A stretch of 64,000 bases of DNA from Candidatus Micrarchaeia archaeon. Lineage in GTDB: Archaea; Micrarchaeota; Micrarchaeia; Micrarchaeales; Micrarchaeaceae. Positions 28,518 through 38,460 of the stretch are shown in pieces. The notes below the pieces were generated by a model that saw nothing but the letters and a program-made list of their open reading frames with translations, was not told where the DNA came from and ran no database searches. The DNA is taken from assembly GCA_049964795.1 (NCBI GenBank), contig JBMFWY010000002.1:1-64000 (forward strand), written 5' to 3'. The position numbers and the translations under genes were made by a program. Each line of letters begins with the position of its first letter. Within the stretch, counting starts at the first letter, position 1.

Positions 28518-31073
28518 ATGAGCGATGTACATATACCCCCTATAGAACCAGTTATGCCTTACCATTACAAAATAAGCATAGATACAAATCTTAAGTCCTT
28601 TGTCTTCAAAGGAAATGTCACAATATTTTCGCTGGTAAAACCAGGAATAAAGGAGATAACACTTAACGCAAAAGAGCTGCAAGTTTCAAGAGCGATAATC
28701 GAAACTGCAGGAATGGTCCAAGCAGCAAAAATAGAGCAGAACGCAAAAGAAGAGACATTAACGCTTCGCGTTCCAGAGCCCCTTTTTGGCATATGCAAAA
28801 TAAATTTGGAATTCGAAGGTTTCAACAACGACAAAATGTATGGTTTTTACAGGGCGAAATACATAAATAAAAAAGGCAAGGAAGAATACCTGCTTACTAC
28901 ACAGTTCGAATCCACAGATGCACGTGCAGCCTTCCCCTGCTTTGATAACCCCTCAATGAAGGCTACATTCTCTATAACAATAACAGCAGACAAGGACTAT
29001 GAAATAATATCAAACATGCCGCAAAAAGACACTGCAATAATCGGCAACAGGAAGACTGTCGAGTTTCATACTACTCCTAAAATGTCCACTTACTTAGTTT
29101 ATATAGGGGTAGGAAAATTCAAGCACACTAAGGAAATCTATAAGAGCATACCCATTCGCGCATTGACACTAGGGAATAAGAAGGGGCAGGAAAAGGCTTC
29201 GCTAGAAGTGGCAAAAAGTGTTTTATCTTTCTATGAAAGCTATTTTGGTATAAAGTATATGCTGCCTAAATTAGACCTTATAGCCATACCAGACTTTGCC
29301 GCAGGAGCCATGGAAAATTGGGGCGCGATAACTTTCAGGGAGACTGCGATGCTATGGGATCCGAAAAGCGACTCTCTTTCCTCAAGGCAGAACATCTCCA
29401 ATACTGTTGCACACGAGATTGCACATCAGTGGTTTGGAGATCTTGTAACTATGAAATGGTGGAATGACCTTTGGCTAAACGAAAGCTTCGCAACATTTAT
29501 GAGTTACAAGTCTGTCGATGCACTGTTTCCCTCATGGAAGTACATGACACAATTCTTATACGAAACTTTTTCAACAGCATTCGCTGCTGACGATCTCAAG
29601 TCTACGCACCCCATAAACGTAGAAGTTAACAGCCCCGGCGAAATAGACGAAGTATTCGACAGGATAAGCTACGAGAAAGGCGGCTCTATTCTTCGCATGA
29701 TCGAAGACTTTGCAGGACCCGAAACTTTCAGAAAAGGGCTAAATCTATACCTGAACACCCATATGTATGGCAACGCGGCCAAAGAAGACCTTTGGGATGC
29801 GATAGCCACCATATCAGAAAGAGAAGGCAAATCCCTTCCTATAAAGAATTTTGCAAAATTTTGGATAGATACTCCAGGCTACCCTATAGTAAGTGTATCA
29901 AAGCAAAGAGGCGGCTTCGCCCTTACACAAAACAGGTTCTTGATAAGCGGAAGCGCAGAATGGTCTCCCGCTCCTATACCACTGCATTACATTACAGATA
30001 AAGGAAAAACTGGGATTTTTCTGCTCGATTCTAACAAGGGGTTCATAAAGGAGCCTGGGGCAAAGTGGGTAAAGATCAACTATGGCCAGAGCGGATTTTA
30101 CAGAGCTTCCTATTCGAAGCCATTGCTTGAAGATTTAGGCTCCGCCGCGAAGAGAGGGAAGCTCAGCTCTGAAGATATATGGGGATTGGAAAATGATCTG
30201 TTTAGCCTAGCTCGGCGTGGCAGCATCTATGCGAAAGATTACCTTGATTTTGTAGCAAAATACCTTTCAGACGCGAAATATCCCGCGAATTTGAGCATAA
30301 TTCAGCATCTGGTCTGGCTTTACACTATGCTGTACGGAACTGATCTGCAAAGCATAATAGAAGAAGCGATATATTCCTTTTCAAGCGCATGGCTCAAAAA
30401 GCTAGGATTTGCAAAAAGGAATAGCGATACCCCTTTCGATATACTGATGCGTAGCAGTGCCTTCTTTTCTCTCGGTCTTATAGGAGACGAAAAAACTGTC
30501 TCTTACGCAAGAACCCAGTTTTCAAAAGGCAGGGAAAACATAGATTCCGACCTAAAGCCGCTGATTTACAGAGTCCTAATTGCAAACGGAAGCTCAAAAG
30601 AAATTTCTGAATTCAAGGCCCTCTACCTTTCGGAAAAATCGACTCAGGAAAGGATAAGGCTCCTCCAATCTTTGGGGTTTGTAAAGGAGAAAAAGAGTGC
30701 AATTGAACTGCTTTCTTTCTCGCAGTCTGGCGAAGTAAGGCTTCAAGACTCTATATTTGTGCCGATACTCATCGCATCGAATCCGTTTGCCAAGTCTGAG
30801 TATTGGCCATGGCTTAAGAAGAATTGGAAAGCTATGATGTCAAAATACGTAGGAGTAAGCCATATGCTTTCAAGGCTTGTCGAAGCTACAAGCTCCTGTT
30901 CTACAGAGGCAGAGCTCTCAGATATAAAAGCTTTCTTTTCAAGAAAAGAAAACGTGCGCGATGACATTAAAAGGACAATATTGCAGTCTCAGGAGAGGAT
31001 TCAGGCGAATATAGCTTTCCTCTGGAAAAACCTCAAAAAACCTCAAAAACACAGGTCAAAGAAAGTAATTTAA
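28518..31073 (+). CDS. M1 family aminopeptidase (tricorn-interacting factor F2/F3-like)
   Basis: GAMENWG, HEIAHQWFG...NESFA, SYEKGG; ERAP1-like C-terminal region. Confidence 0.95.
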   Translation: MSDVHIPPIEPVMPYHYKISIDTNLKSFVFKGNVTIFSLVKPGIKEITLNAKELQVSRAIIETAGMVQAAKIEQNAKEETLTLRVPEPLFGICKINLEFEGFNNDKMYGFYRAKYINKKGKEEYLLTTQFESTDARAAFPCFDNPSMKATFSITITADKDYEIISNMPQKDTAIIGNRKTVEFHTTPKMSTYLVYIGVGKFKHTKEIYKSIPIRALTLGNKKGQEKASLEVAKSVLSFYESYFGIKYMLPKLDLIAIPDFAAGAMENWGAITFRETAMLWDPKSDSLSSRQNISNTVAHEIAHQWFGDLVTMKWWNDLWLNESFATFMSYKSVDALFPSWKYMTQFLYETFSTAFAADDLKSTHPINVEVNSPGEIDEVFDRISYEKGGSILRMIEDFAGPETFRKGLNLYLNTHMYGNAAKEDLWDAIATISEREGKSLPIKNFAKFWIDTPGYPIVSVSKQRGGFALTQNRFLISGSAEWSPAPIPLHYITDKGKTGIFLLDSNKGFIKEPGAKWVKINYGQSGFYRASYSKPLLEDLGSAAKRGKLSSEDIWGLENDLFSLARRGSIYAKDYLDFVAKYLSDAKYPANLSIIQHLVWLYTMLYGTDLQSIIEEAIYSFSSAWLKKLGFAKRNSDTPFDILMRSSAFFSLGLIGDEKTVSYARTQFSKGRENIDSDLKPLIYRVLIANGSSKEISEFKALYLSEKSTQERIRLLQSLGFVKEKKSAIELLSFSQSGEVRLQDSIFVPILIASNPFAKSEYWPWLKKNWKAMMSKYVGVSHMLSRLVEATSSCSTEAELSDIKAFFSRKENVRDDIKRTILQSQERIQANIAFLWKNLKKPQKHRSKKVI

Positions 31074-31089
31074 GTATGAAATAAGAATA

Positions 31090-31710
31090 ATGATAGTGGA
31101 TAGGATGGGGCGCTATATAATAGTCACAGGCTCTCCAGGTGCAGGCAAGACAGCCATTACCTCCGGAGCAGGTCCTAAAGACTTGCCACGCAAGCTCAGG
31201 CTTGTCAATGTTGGCACCCTGATGCTTGAAGAAGCAAGAAAGCTCAAATATACTGACGACAGAGATAGAATTAGGTATATGGATCCAAAGCATATGGGCA
31301 GGATAAGGAAGTTGGCCTTCTCAAAGCTTGCAAAGATGAGTGGCGACATAGTTGTAGACACGCATGATTACGTTGAAGAGAACGGCCGTTTCATACCCGG
31401 CATGCCTGAAAGGCTGCTTTTGCAGTTGAGCAAAATAGAAGCATTTATATATGTGGATGCGCCAGAAGTAGAACTGCTATCGAGGCGCAGGAAGGATAAG
31501 ACTAGAAAGCGCGAAATAGAGGATCCTGGGCTGCTGGGCATCCAAAGAATGCTCAACTTGTCTGCTCTTTCCTATTATTCTTCCACTTTAGATATCCCTG
31601 TTTACGTAATAGAAAATAGGACAGGATTTCTTAACGAATCGATCAAGAAGTATGCTTCAATAGTAAAAGAAGTATTAGCTGAAAAGAATCCAAAGGTCCA
31701 AAAGAAGTGA
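31090..31710 (+). CDS. adkA: archaeal adenylate kinase
   Basis: GSPGAGKT, DRDRIR, VDTH, RRRKDKTRKR; operon context. Confidence 0.88.
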   Translation: MIVDRMGRYIIVTGSPGAGKTAITSGAGPKDLPRKLRLVNVGTLMLEEARKLKYTDDRDRIRYMDPKHMGRIRKLAFSKLAKMSGDIVVDTHDYVEENGRFIPGMPERLLLQLSKIEAFIYVDAPEVELLSRRRKDKTRKREIEDPGLLGIQRMLNLSALSYYSSTLDIPVYVIENRTGFLNESIKKYASIVKEVLAEKNPKVQKK

Positions 31711-32243
31711 AAAATATGCCAACAGCTCCCGTTCCAATGCCACCATTGATTGCACTTTCAATCGTTGCAATAGGGGTAGTTTACGCTTTATTCTCTGTAA
31801 TCCTTCAGAGGAAGCTGGTAGATCCAAAAAGGATGCGTGAGATACAGTCAAAAGTAAACCAGCTTTCAAAAGAGCTCAATGCAATGATAAAGAGCAACGC
31901 TTCCAAGGAGGAGATAAGCAAGAAGCAGAGCGAGCTTATGCCTTTGATGGGCGAGAACATGAAGAAGCAATTCAAGCCGATGATAATAATACTGCCCATT
32001 TTCTTTTTGGTATATGACGTGCTGCTAGGAGCACTATACGGTGGCGTGGCAAACGATACCATCAATTTCCTCATGCCTTTGAATTACAAAGGGCTGTTTT
32101 TTGCAACAGTGCTCATACTCGGCTTTATCTCTTCAATAGTAATACTTTTATACGACAGGAAAAAGATCAAAGAGGAACAAAAGCTTGAGGCCAAGGTGCA
32201 ATTTAGCGCGAATAGCCGGGCTCCGCAAGAAATTAATAAGTAG
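31707..32243 (+). CDS. DUF106 / EMC3-TMCO1 (Oxa1 superfamily) membrane protein
   Basis: TM, coiled coil, then QFKPMII; conserved position between adk and L34e. Confidence 0.85.
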   Translation: MKNMPTAPVPMPPLIALSIVAIGVVYALFSVILQRKLVDPKRMREIQSKVNQLSKELNAMIKSNASKEEISKKQSELMPLMGENMKKQFKPMIIILPIFFLVYDVLLGALYGGVANDTINFLMPLNYKGLFFATVLILGFISSIVILLYDRKKIKEEQKLEAKVQFSANSRAPQEINK

Positions 32244-32336
32244 CTGTCGCTAATTTATTGCTCGTTTGACGTTTTGTTGTTGGATTCGCAAAAGTTCCAA
32301 AGCGCAAAGGGCGTATCAAAAGCATAAGGTGTTGAT

Positions 32337-32654
32337 TTGCCAAGACCAATGTACAGATCAGGAAGCTTCAGGAAAGTAAAAAGGGTAACTCCAAAAGGCA
32401 GAACCGTTACGCATTACGTAAGGCGCAGCTCCAAAAAGCCGCATTGTGCAATATGCGGAACCGAGCTTAACGGGATAAGCGAGGAGGGAGGCAAGAGTCG
32501 CAGGACCAATTCCCGCATTTTTGGAGGCGTGCTTTGCGCAAAATGCGCTTCTCGCATAATAGTTGAAAAAAGCAGGATAGAGCAAGGGGGCATGAAGCTT
32601 GACGACATAAGCATAAAAGACAAGTCCTATGTTCTTCAGCTTCTTGCCCATTAA
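32337..32654 (+). CDS. rpl34e: 50S ribosomal protein L34e
   Basis: RVTPKGR, CAICG, FGGVLCAKC. Confidence 0.93.
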   Translation: MPRPMYRSGSFRKVKRVTPKGRTVTHYVRRSSKKPHCAICGTELNGISEEGGKSRRTNSRIFGGVLCAKCASRIIVEKSRIEQGGMKLDDISIKDKSYVLQLLAH

Positions 32655-32683
32655 GCTGCAAAACCAAAGCAACAGCGAAGCGG

Positions 32684-33241
32684 ATGGGCTCCATGGTAAA
32701 AATATGCTTGAGCGGGCTTACCGGAAGCGGAAAAACAACCTTAGGCACGCTGCTTTCAAAGGAGCTCAACATAAGGCATATAACAAAGGACCAAGCCCGC
32801 TCTTACCAAGAAATGCTTAAAGAGCTCAGCACAACAAAAAGCAAGGTTCTCCGCCTAGGCCAGGTTGCTGTCCCGAAATACGCAAAAGATTTTGACAGTG
32901 AAATAGCAAAGGAAGCGGAGAAGTACAATTGCGTTGTAAGCACATGGCTCTCCCCTTGGGTCATAAAGGGCGCAACCCTGCGGGTCTTGCTTTACTGCAG
33001 TTTCGACGAAAGGGCAAGAAGAAAGGCAAGGCAATTGCACATCAGTATCAGTAAAGCGAAGGAATACGTCAAGGCAAAGGATGCCTATGCTGAAAGGTCA
33101 TTCAAGAAAATATATGGAATAGATATAAGGGATCACAGCGTGTTTGATCTTGCGATAAATACAGAAAAGCTGAACCACAAGGAGGTCGTATCTATAATAT
33201 CAATGCTTTCAATCATGCGCGACAAAAGAAGATTCAAATAA
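32684..33241 (+). CDS. cmk: archaeal cytidylate kinase
   Basis: SGLTGSGKTT, YGIDIRD..FDLAINT; operon context. Confidence 0.88.
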   Translation: MGSMVKICLSGLTGSGKTTLGTLLSKELNIRHITKDQARSYQEMLKELSTTKSKVLRLGQVAVPKYAKDFDSEIAKEAEKYNCVVSTWLSPWVIKGATLRVLLYCSFDERARRKARQLHISISKAKEYVKAKDAYAERSFKKIYGIDIRDHSVFDLAINTEKLNHKEVVSIISMLSIMRDKRRFK

Positions 33242-33278
33242 TGACTTATGTTTGCAAAGTTTGCAATACGGTGAAAAT

Positions 33279-33500
33279 ATGTTGGCAGAACCAGGAAGAG
33301 TATGCATCAAGAAGAACGGAAGGGATGCAGGAAGCAGGGCTGTGATAACAAAAGTTGAAAATGAGAATTTTGTAAAAGTTGTTACGGCAAAGAGAGGCAA
33401 AGAAAGGAGATGCAACATAAGGCATCTAGAGCTTCTTAATGAGAAAGTGGACCCCCGCTCGCAAGACGAGATAAGCAAAGCGCTAGGAATAAAGAAATGA
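33279..33500 (+). CDS. rpl14e: 50S ribosomal protein L14e
   Basis: GRVCIKKNGRDAG, RRCNIRHLE; GGTGA SD before ATG 33279. Confidence 0.93.
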   Translation: MLAEPGRVCIKKNGRDAGSRAVITKVENENFVKVVTAKRGKERRCNIRHLELLNEKVDPRSQDEISKALGIKK

Positions 33501-33532
33501 AAGAAAATAACACGTTCCGTTTTTGTAACTCT

Positions 33533-34747
33533 TTATTTGTAGGAGCTGTAAAGCGACTCTATCGCTGCTTTTACAATCTTCTCTTTGCTTCCGTCTTCAG
33601 AGAGCATTTCAAACAATCTCGCCGCGTCTATCTTACCGCTGTACCCATAGTCCTTGAGCCTTGACTTAAGTGCTTCTATGCCTTTTTCCTTTATCGGCAT
33701 GCCTCCAAGCTTGCTTCCCCTTACTTCTTCTATGCTTTCCTTGAGCTCTGGGTTTTCAAGTTTCGAGGTGTCTATGTCGATTATTGCATTTTCAGAGTAT
33801 TTTTTTGCCATCGACCTAAGCTGCAAATCCGCACCACTATACCCTAGCGCCAATACTCCCTCAACAACAAGCTTTATTATAGGCTTGTCCTGTCCTTCCT
33901 TAAGTATCTTGGCAAGCTCGTTCTCGCACATTTTCGATATCTCGCTAGGTGTGTTATCCTCACTTTTGATGTGCGATACTACAAACCTCCTGGAGTTTAT
34001 GCTTATAAACTTGTAACCCTTGGTTTTGGTGTCGTAAAGCACAAACCCTTTTGGATCCTGCTCACCCTCTTTGAGTTGCGTGAGCACCGTGCTTCCGGGT
34101 ATTATAAACTGCTTGCCGTGCACCTTGGCATCTACTCTGCTGTGTATATGCCCGTCAACATAAAGGTCAAATCCTTCCGGAAGGTCCTCGTAGTGTATAA
34201 AATCCTCGCTGAATGGAAGTATTTCATAAATCGACTGGTGAAACATGAAGATGTTGAAAGCACCATCTTTCGGCTTTGGGTTTAACTCTTTAAGTTTTTC
34301 CCTTACTCTCTCTTCAGATATGCCGCCAAGTCCATATACCGCTACTTTTTCTCCATCTTTTTCTATTGTTGTCCTTGCCTCGCTCGTATCTACAAGTATA
34401 CCTGCGAGCCCCAAAAGGGCAAGAGCATTCTCGCTTCCTATAGCGGTTCTCTCATGAGTCCCTGAAATAGCCACTATAGGTATGCTGGTGTAAAGTTTGC
34501 CATCTCCCCCTTCCTTCCCTTCTATTTTGGATTTTGAATCTATTACGTTACCTGCTTCCCTGAATATTTTTATTGCATCGGCTATGACGTGGGGCTGTGG
34601 TGCCCTTCTGTCAAACACGTCTCCTGGCACGATTATTGCATCAGCTATTTCTGCAGCTTTCAAAAGCGCCTCGCGTGCTTGCTTCAGTGCATCTTCCTCG
34701 AACTTTTCGAAACCTATATGCATATCCGAAACTATGGCTATAAGCAT
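33533..34747 (-). CDS. mre11: Mre11/SbcD family DNA repair nuclease
   Basis: SDMH, PGDVFD, SGTHE, MFHQ, DGHIH, PGST motifs plus capping domain. Confidence 0.82.
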   Translation of the reverse strand: MLIAIVSDMHIGFEKFEEDALKQAREALLKAAEIADAIIVPGDVFDRRAPQPHVIADAIKIFREAGNVIDSKSKIEGKEGGDGKLYTSIPIVAISGTHERTAIGSENALALLGLAGILVDTSEARTTIEKDGEKVAVYGLGGISEERVREKLKELNPKPKDGAFNIFMFHQSIYEILPFSEDFIHYEDLPEGFDLYVDGHIHSRVDAKVHGKQFIIPGSTVLTQLKEGEQDPKGFVLYDTKTKGYKFISINSRRFVVSHIKSEDNTPSEISKMCENELAKILKEGQDKPIIKLVVEGVLALGYSGADLQLRSMAKKYSENAIIDIDTSKLENPELKESIEEVRGSKLGGMPIKEKGIEALKSRLKDYGYSGKIDAARLFEMLSEDGSKEKIVKAAIESLYSSYK

Positions 34748-34922
34748 ACAATCATTGCAGAAATACTTAGCTGTTCAAATAATATAAAATGTTTGCATAT
34801 GTGCTTTAACTGCTTGCTGCTCGGATGATTTTAACCCAATTCAAAAGTCAAATTCAAAAAAGCGAAGGAAAACAGGTATCTGTACTGCATTCAAGCTAAA
34901 ATATTGCGCTTAATTAATTTTA

Positions 34923-35942
34923 TCATGCGCTTTCTTCTGCTTGGCGTCTTTCATTTTGTACCTTTTTTATGCATTCTTCAAAAAATCTTTCGAGAAACTC
35001 CTGCGATGCTTGCTTCAACGGTCCGTAAGCACCAGCAGCTGCCGGGTGCCCTCCTCCATTACCTTTTATTATAGGCGCAAGCTGGCGCATCACTTTGCCA
35101 AGATGAATATTATACCTTCTGTCTAAGTCTATGTTAAGCCTTGCCGAAAAAGAAACCTCGCTTTCGTTTTCCGCATAGAATATTGCTATGTCGGCGCCCA
35201 GTCTTATGGCGTTATCTGCGGAAAGATTTGCATGCGCATGCGCCTTTCCAGAGACAAAAAGAAGACCTTCCTTTATAAAGACATTTGCTCCTAGCAGGTC
35301 CTTTATAGCCCAGGATCTTGATTCTGCCGATTCTTCATGCGACATGAGTTTCCTCATGCTATAATAGCCTGTTTTAGCAATTTCAAGCAGCTCTCCTATC
35401 TGCATAAAAGTTTCTGGAGTAGAATTTCTAAGTTCTGCAGAATCAGAGATTATTCCAGCAAGCAGCACTTTCGCTTCTTTCTGCTCTACGTTTTTACCCA
35501 TCTCTTTCATGAGTTTGTATATTATGCTTGCGGTCGCACAGTAGCTTTCTTCATCAAAGACGTAAACATTGTCTGCATAATTTGGGCCCGGAAGGTGATG
35601 GTCTATTATCAGCACAAGTCCAGGGAAATTTTCTATCTTGCTTTTGAATTGTCCGCACTCTTCAAAATCATTTGCATCAAGCAGCACTATTATACCTGCC
35701 TCTTCATAGAAAGTGCTCTCTATTTTTATATCTTCAAATCCCGTCCTGTCTAAGATTCTGTTGGCATTTGAAGTTATTATGTCTGGGGTCGTTATCCTGC
35801 TTTTGCCAAAGCATTTCGAAACAGCGATCGCGGAAGAAACAGCATCCGTGTCTCCTACGGAGTGAAATGTAATCATTGCTTCCTTGTCGCTATTCTCGAC
35901 TACGAATTCAGCAAGTTCCTCTATGCTTGAAAATCGATGCAT
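34923..35942 (-). CDS. DHH family phosphoesterase (NrnA-like)
   Basis: HSVGDTD, IIDHH, GIISDS, GGGHPAAAG. Confidence 0.9.
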   Translation of the reverse strand: MHRFSSIEELAEFVVENSDKEAMITFHSVGDTDAVSSAIAVSKCFGKSRITTPDIITSNANRILDRTGFEDIKIESTFYEEAGIIVLLDANDFEECGQFKSKIENFPGLVLIIDHHLPGPNYADNVYVFDEESYCATASIIYKLMKEMGKNVEQKEAKVLLAGIISDSAELRNSTPETFMQIGELLEIAKTGYYSMRKLMSHEESAESRSWAIKDLLGANVFIKEGLLFVSGKAHAHANLSADNAIRLGADIAIFYAENESEVSFSARLNIDLDRRYNIHLGKVMRQLAPIIKGNGGGHPAAAGAYGPLKQASQEFLERFFEECIKKVQNERRQAEESA

Positions 35943-35946
35943 GCAA

Positions 35947-36279
35947 TCATTGCTTCTGCTGCTTTATGCTTCCCTCTATCCTGCTGCGCAACTCTTGGTC
36001 TTTTTTAACAGCGCCAGCATATTGCTTGTCTATTATGCTAAGCTTCAGGTCTATCGAGTCTTGTTCCTCCTTTATCTGCTTTACTGCTTCCTCCTTCGTG
36101 GTTTCTATTATCACATTGCCTTTGCTTGAATATACCTTGCCCTGCGCCTTCTCTACTTCTTCAAGGGCTTTTTTGTATTCCTCCTTTTCAGAAGAGAGCT
36201 GCGCCTTCTGCAGTGCGAGGGACTGCAGCCTGTTCTGAGACTTTTGGTATTCAATCGTCAAGCTTTCTATGTCTTCCAT
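35947..36279 (-). CDS. pfdB: prefoldin beta subunit
   Basis: Coiled coil, VYSSKGNVIIE hairpin, coiled coil; next to the DHH gene. Confidence 0.88.
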   Translation of the reverse strand: MEDIESLTIEYQKSQNRLQSLALQKAQLSSEKEEYKKALEEVEKAQGKVYSSKGNVIIETTKEEAVKQIKEEQDSIDLKLSIIDKQYAGAVKKDQELRSRIEGSIKQQKQ

Positions 36280-36362
36280 AATATCACTCCATTTATTCTT
36301 TTATCGCAAGAATAATAAACAAATCGCACCTTTCCCTATTGCACAGACAAAACAGTGTGTAA

Positions 36363-37457
36363 TTATCTATCTATCTCTGCCATTACTACATCAAGGCTCC
36401 CCAGAATCGGGAAAAGGTCCGCAAATTTTGCCCCCTTGGCAATTTTAGGCAGCACAGACAAGTTGATAAAAGCCGGAGATCTCAGCGAAATCCTGTAAGG
36501 TTTTTGCTTGTCGGGCACCATATATATAAGCCCTTCTCCTCTAGCTAGCTCTCTACTAACTATTACCTCTTCAGGCTTAGCTGGAGTGCTTATTAGCTTT
36601 ATGGGCGTGCCCTTGACATCGCCAGAAGGCATTGTGTCCAGCGCCTGTCTTATTATGTTAATACTCTCTAACATTTCGTAATATCTTACCTTATACCTTG
36701 CATATACATCTCCGCCTTCAAAAACCTGCGCCCTGAACTTTATGCTATCATATGTGTAATACGGGCTTGATTTTCTTACATCCTCGTCTACTCCTGAGCC
36801 TCTGAGCACAGGGCCACTAACCCCGTAAGCTATTGCGTCTTTTTTGCTCAGCACTCCTACATTTTTCGTCCTCTCCATGAATACGCTATTGCTTTCCGTT
36901 ACGCTCAAGTATTGGTCTATCTGGTCTTCCAGGTAATCTGCTAGCTCATAAGCCCTTTTTGAGAAATCAGCAGGCAAATCCTTGTTAAGGCCTCCTGGCC
37001 TGAGGTTAACATAAAACATTCTGCTCCCTGCCACATCTTCAAGGAACTTCAACACCATCGCCCTTTCCCTGAAGCACCACATAAAAAGCGTAAAGAACTG
37101 CCCCATATCGTTGAGGAACGTGCCCAGCCAAAGCAGGTGGCTCGCTATTCTTTGGAATTCCAGCATGATCATTCTTGCATATTCCGCGGCTTCTTTGACT
37201 TCAACTCCCGTTGCCTTTTCGACTGCAGCTACGTACAAATCGTCCCAGCCTAGCGGGGCGACATAGTCCAACTTTTCAACATAAGGTGGGTTGACCATAT
37301 ACATTCGTGTCTCCATGAGTTTTTCAACTCCCCTATGCAAGAATCCTATTTTTGGCTCAACATTGACTATTTCGTCTCCGTCAAGGTCCACGATTAGCCT
37401 AAGCACCCCGTGGGTGCTTGGGTGTATCGGCCCTACATTGATTCTTGTTATTGCCAT
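36363..37457 (-). CDS. nuoD: NADH-quinone oxidoreductase subunit D
   Basis: GPIHPSTHGVLRL, GFLHRGVEKL, SLDVVMAEIDR; no NiFe-binding CxxC. Confidence 0.93.
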   Translation of the reverse strand: MAITRINVGPIHPSTHGVLRLIVDLDGDEIVNVEPKIGFLHRGVEKLMETRMYMVNPPYVEKLDYVAPLGWDDLYVAAVEKATGVEVKEAAEYARMIMLEFQRIASHLLWLGTFLNDMGQFFTLFMWCFRERAMVLKFLEDVAGSRMFYVNLRPGGLNKDLPADFSKRAYELADYLEDQIDQYLSVTESNSVFMERTKNVGVLSKKDAIAYGVSGPVLRGSGVDEDVRKSSPYYTYDSIKFRAQVFEGGDVYARYKVRYYEMLESINIIRQALDTMPSGDVKGTPIKLISTPAKPEEVIVSRELARGEGLIYMVPDKQKPYRISLRSPAFINLSVLPKIAKGAKFADLFPILGSLDVVMAEIDR

Positions 37458-37478
37458 ACTTCTCCACTTTGCCTTTTC

Positions 37479-37856
37479 CTATTGCAATTTTTCGTAGTCC
37501 TTGCCCCATTCGAAGCTTTTCAGCAACGGAGGGGTTTTGCCGTTCCATTTTTCAAGCAAGAGTCTTCTTGCTTTTCTTCCAGCAATCTTTATACCAAACA
37601 TCTCCTGCATCTCTCTTTCATACCAGTCAGCAGCCGGAAATAGATCTGTTATGCTTTCTATCTCTGGTTTTTCATGCGGTAGCTTTACTTTCAGTACCTC
37701 CTGTTCTTTTGTATCAATACTGTAAAAAATGTAGACTACTTCGAAGTGCGTGTTGTAATCAACAGCAGTAAGCTTTTTCAAGTAGTCAAACTTGTTTTTC
37801 ATCGTCTCTAATGTTTGGAGCAATACTGCTCTCTCTATTTCCTGCAATTTTATCAC
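37479..37856 (-). CDS. nuoC: NADH-quinone oxidoreductase subunit C
   Basis: LTAVDY, AADWYEREMQEMFGI, PPLLK. Confidence 0.9.
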   Translation of the reverse strand: MIKLQEIERAVLLQTLETMKNKFDYLKKLTAVDYNTHFEVVYIFYSIDTKEQEVLKVKLPHEKPEIESITDLFPAADWYEREMQEMFGIKIAGRKARRLLLEKWNGKTPPLLKSFEWGKDYEKLQ

Positions 37857-38433
37857 CTACTTTTTCTTGAAGTTTCATGAACGCCGCAAAAAGATTTTCA
37901 GGTTTTGGAGGGCATCCCGCAACATACACATCAACAGGCAGAACTTGGTCTATGCCTTTTACTATATTGTAGCTTTCCCACCACGGACCTCCCGAAGTCG
38001 CGCATTCTCCGAAAGCTATGACATATTTCGGGCTTGCCATCTGCTCATACAGCCTTTTTACCCGCGGTACCATCGACTTGGTCACCCACCCTGCAACAAC
38101 CATAACATCGTTTTGCCTGGGCGTGCCCCTAAATATAAGGTATCCCTTTCTATCCGCGTCTATCCTTGAAGCAGCGAAGTCAAAAAGCTCCATTGCGCAG
38201 CATGCGAGGCCGAACTGCGCAGGCCATAGCGAATTTGCTCTGCCCCATTTTATCAGGCCTTTCGTGCCCGCCTTCACGATTTTGCCAAGGTTTGCAAACA
38301 TAACGCTCGTTTGCATCCCTCTACTTTTAAGGGAATTTTGAAGAAGCTTGTTCATCTCTTTTTCCGCGTTTTCAAACTCCTCCTGCGTATATGGTGTTCC
38401 CAGATCCTTATTCAACTCGCCTTCTTCCATCAA
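37786..38433 (-). CDS. nuoB: NADH-quinone oxidoreductase subunit B
   Basis: FGLACCAME, GECATSGG, VAGCPPKPE. Confidence 0.93.
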   Translation of the reverse strand: MMEEGELNKDLGTPYTQEEFENAEKEMNKLLQNSLKSRGMQTSVMFANLGKIVKAGTKGLIKWGRANSLWPAQFGLACCAMELFDFAASRIDADRKGYLIFRGTPRQNDVMVVAGWVTKSMVPRVKRLYEQMASPKYVIAFGECATSGGPWWESYNIVKGIDQVLPVDVYVAGCPPKPENLFAAFMKLQEKVGDKIAGNRESSIAPNIRDDEKQV

Positions 38434-38460
38434 TCTCCCCGCTATTCAAAATACAATAGT

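Noticed and set aside
36363-38433. Group 4 NiFe hydrogenase
   Set aside because: The large subunit lacks both CxxC NiFe motifs, and the A-B-C-D order matches complex I
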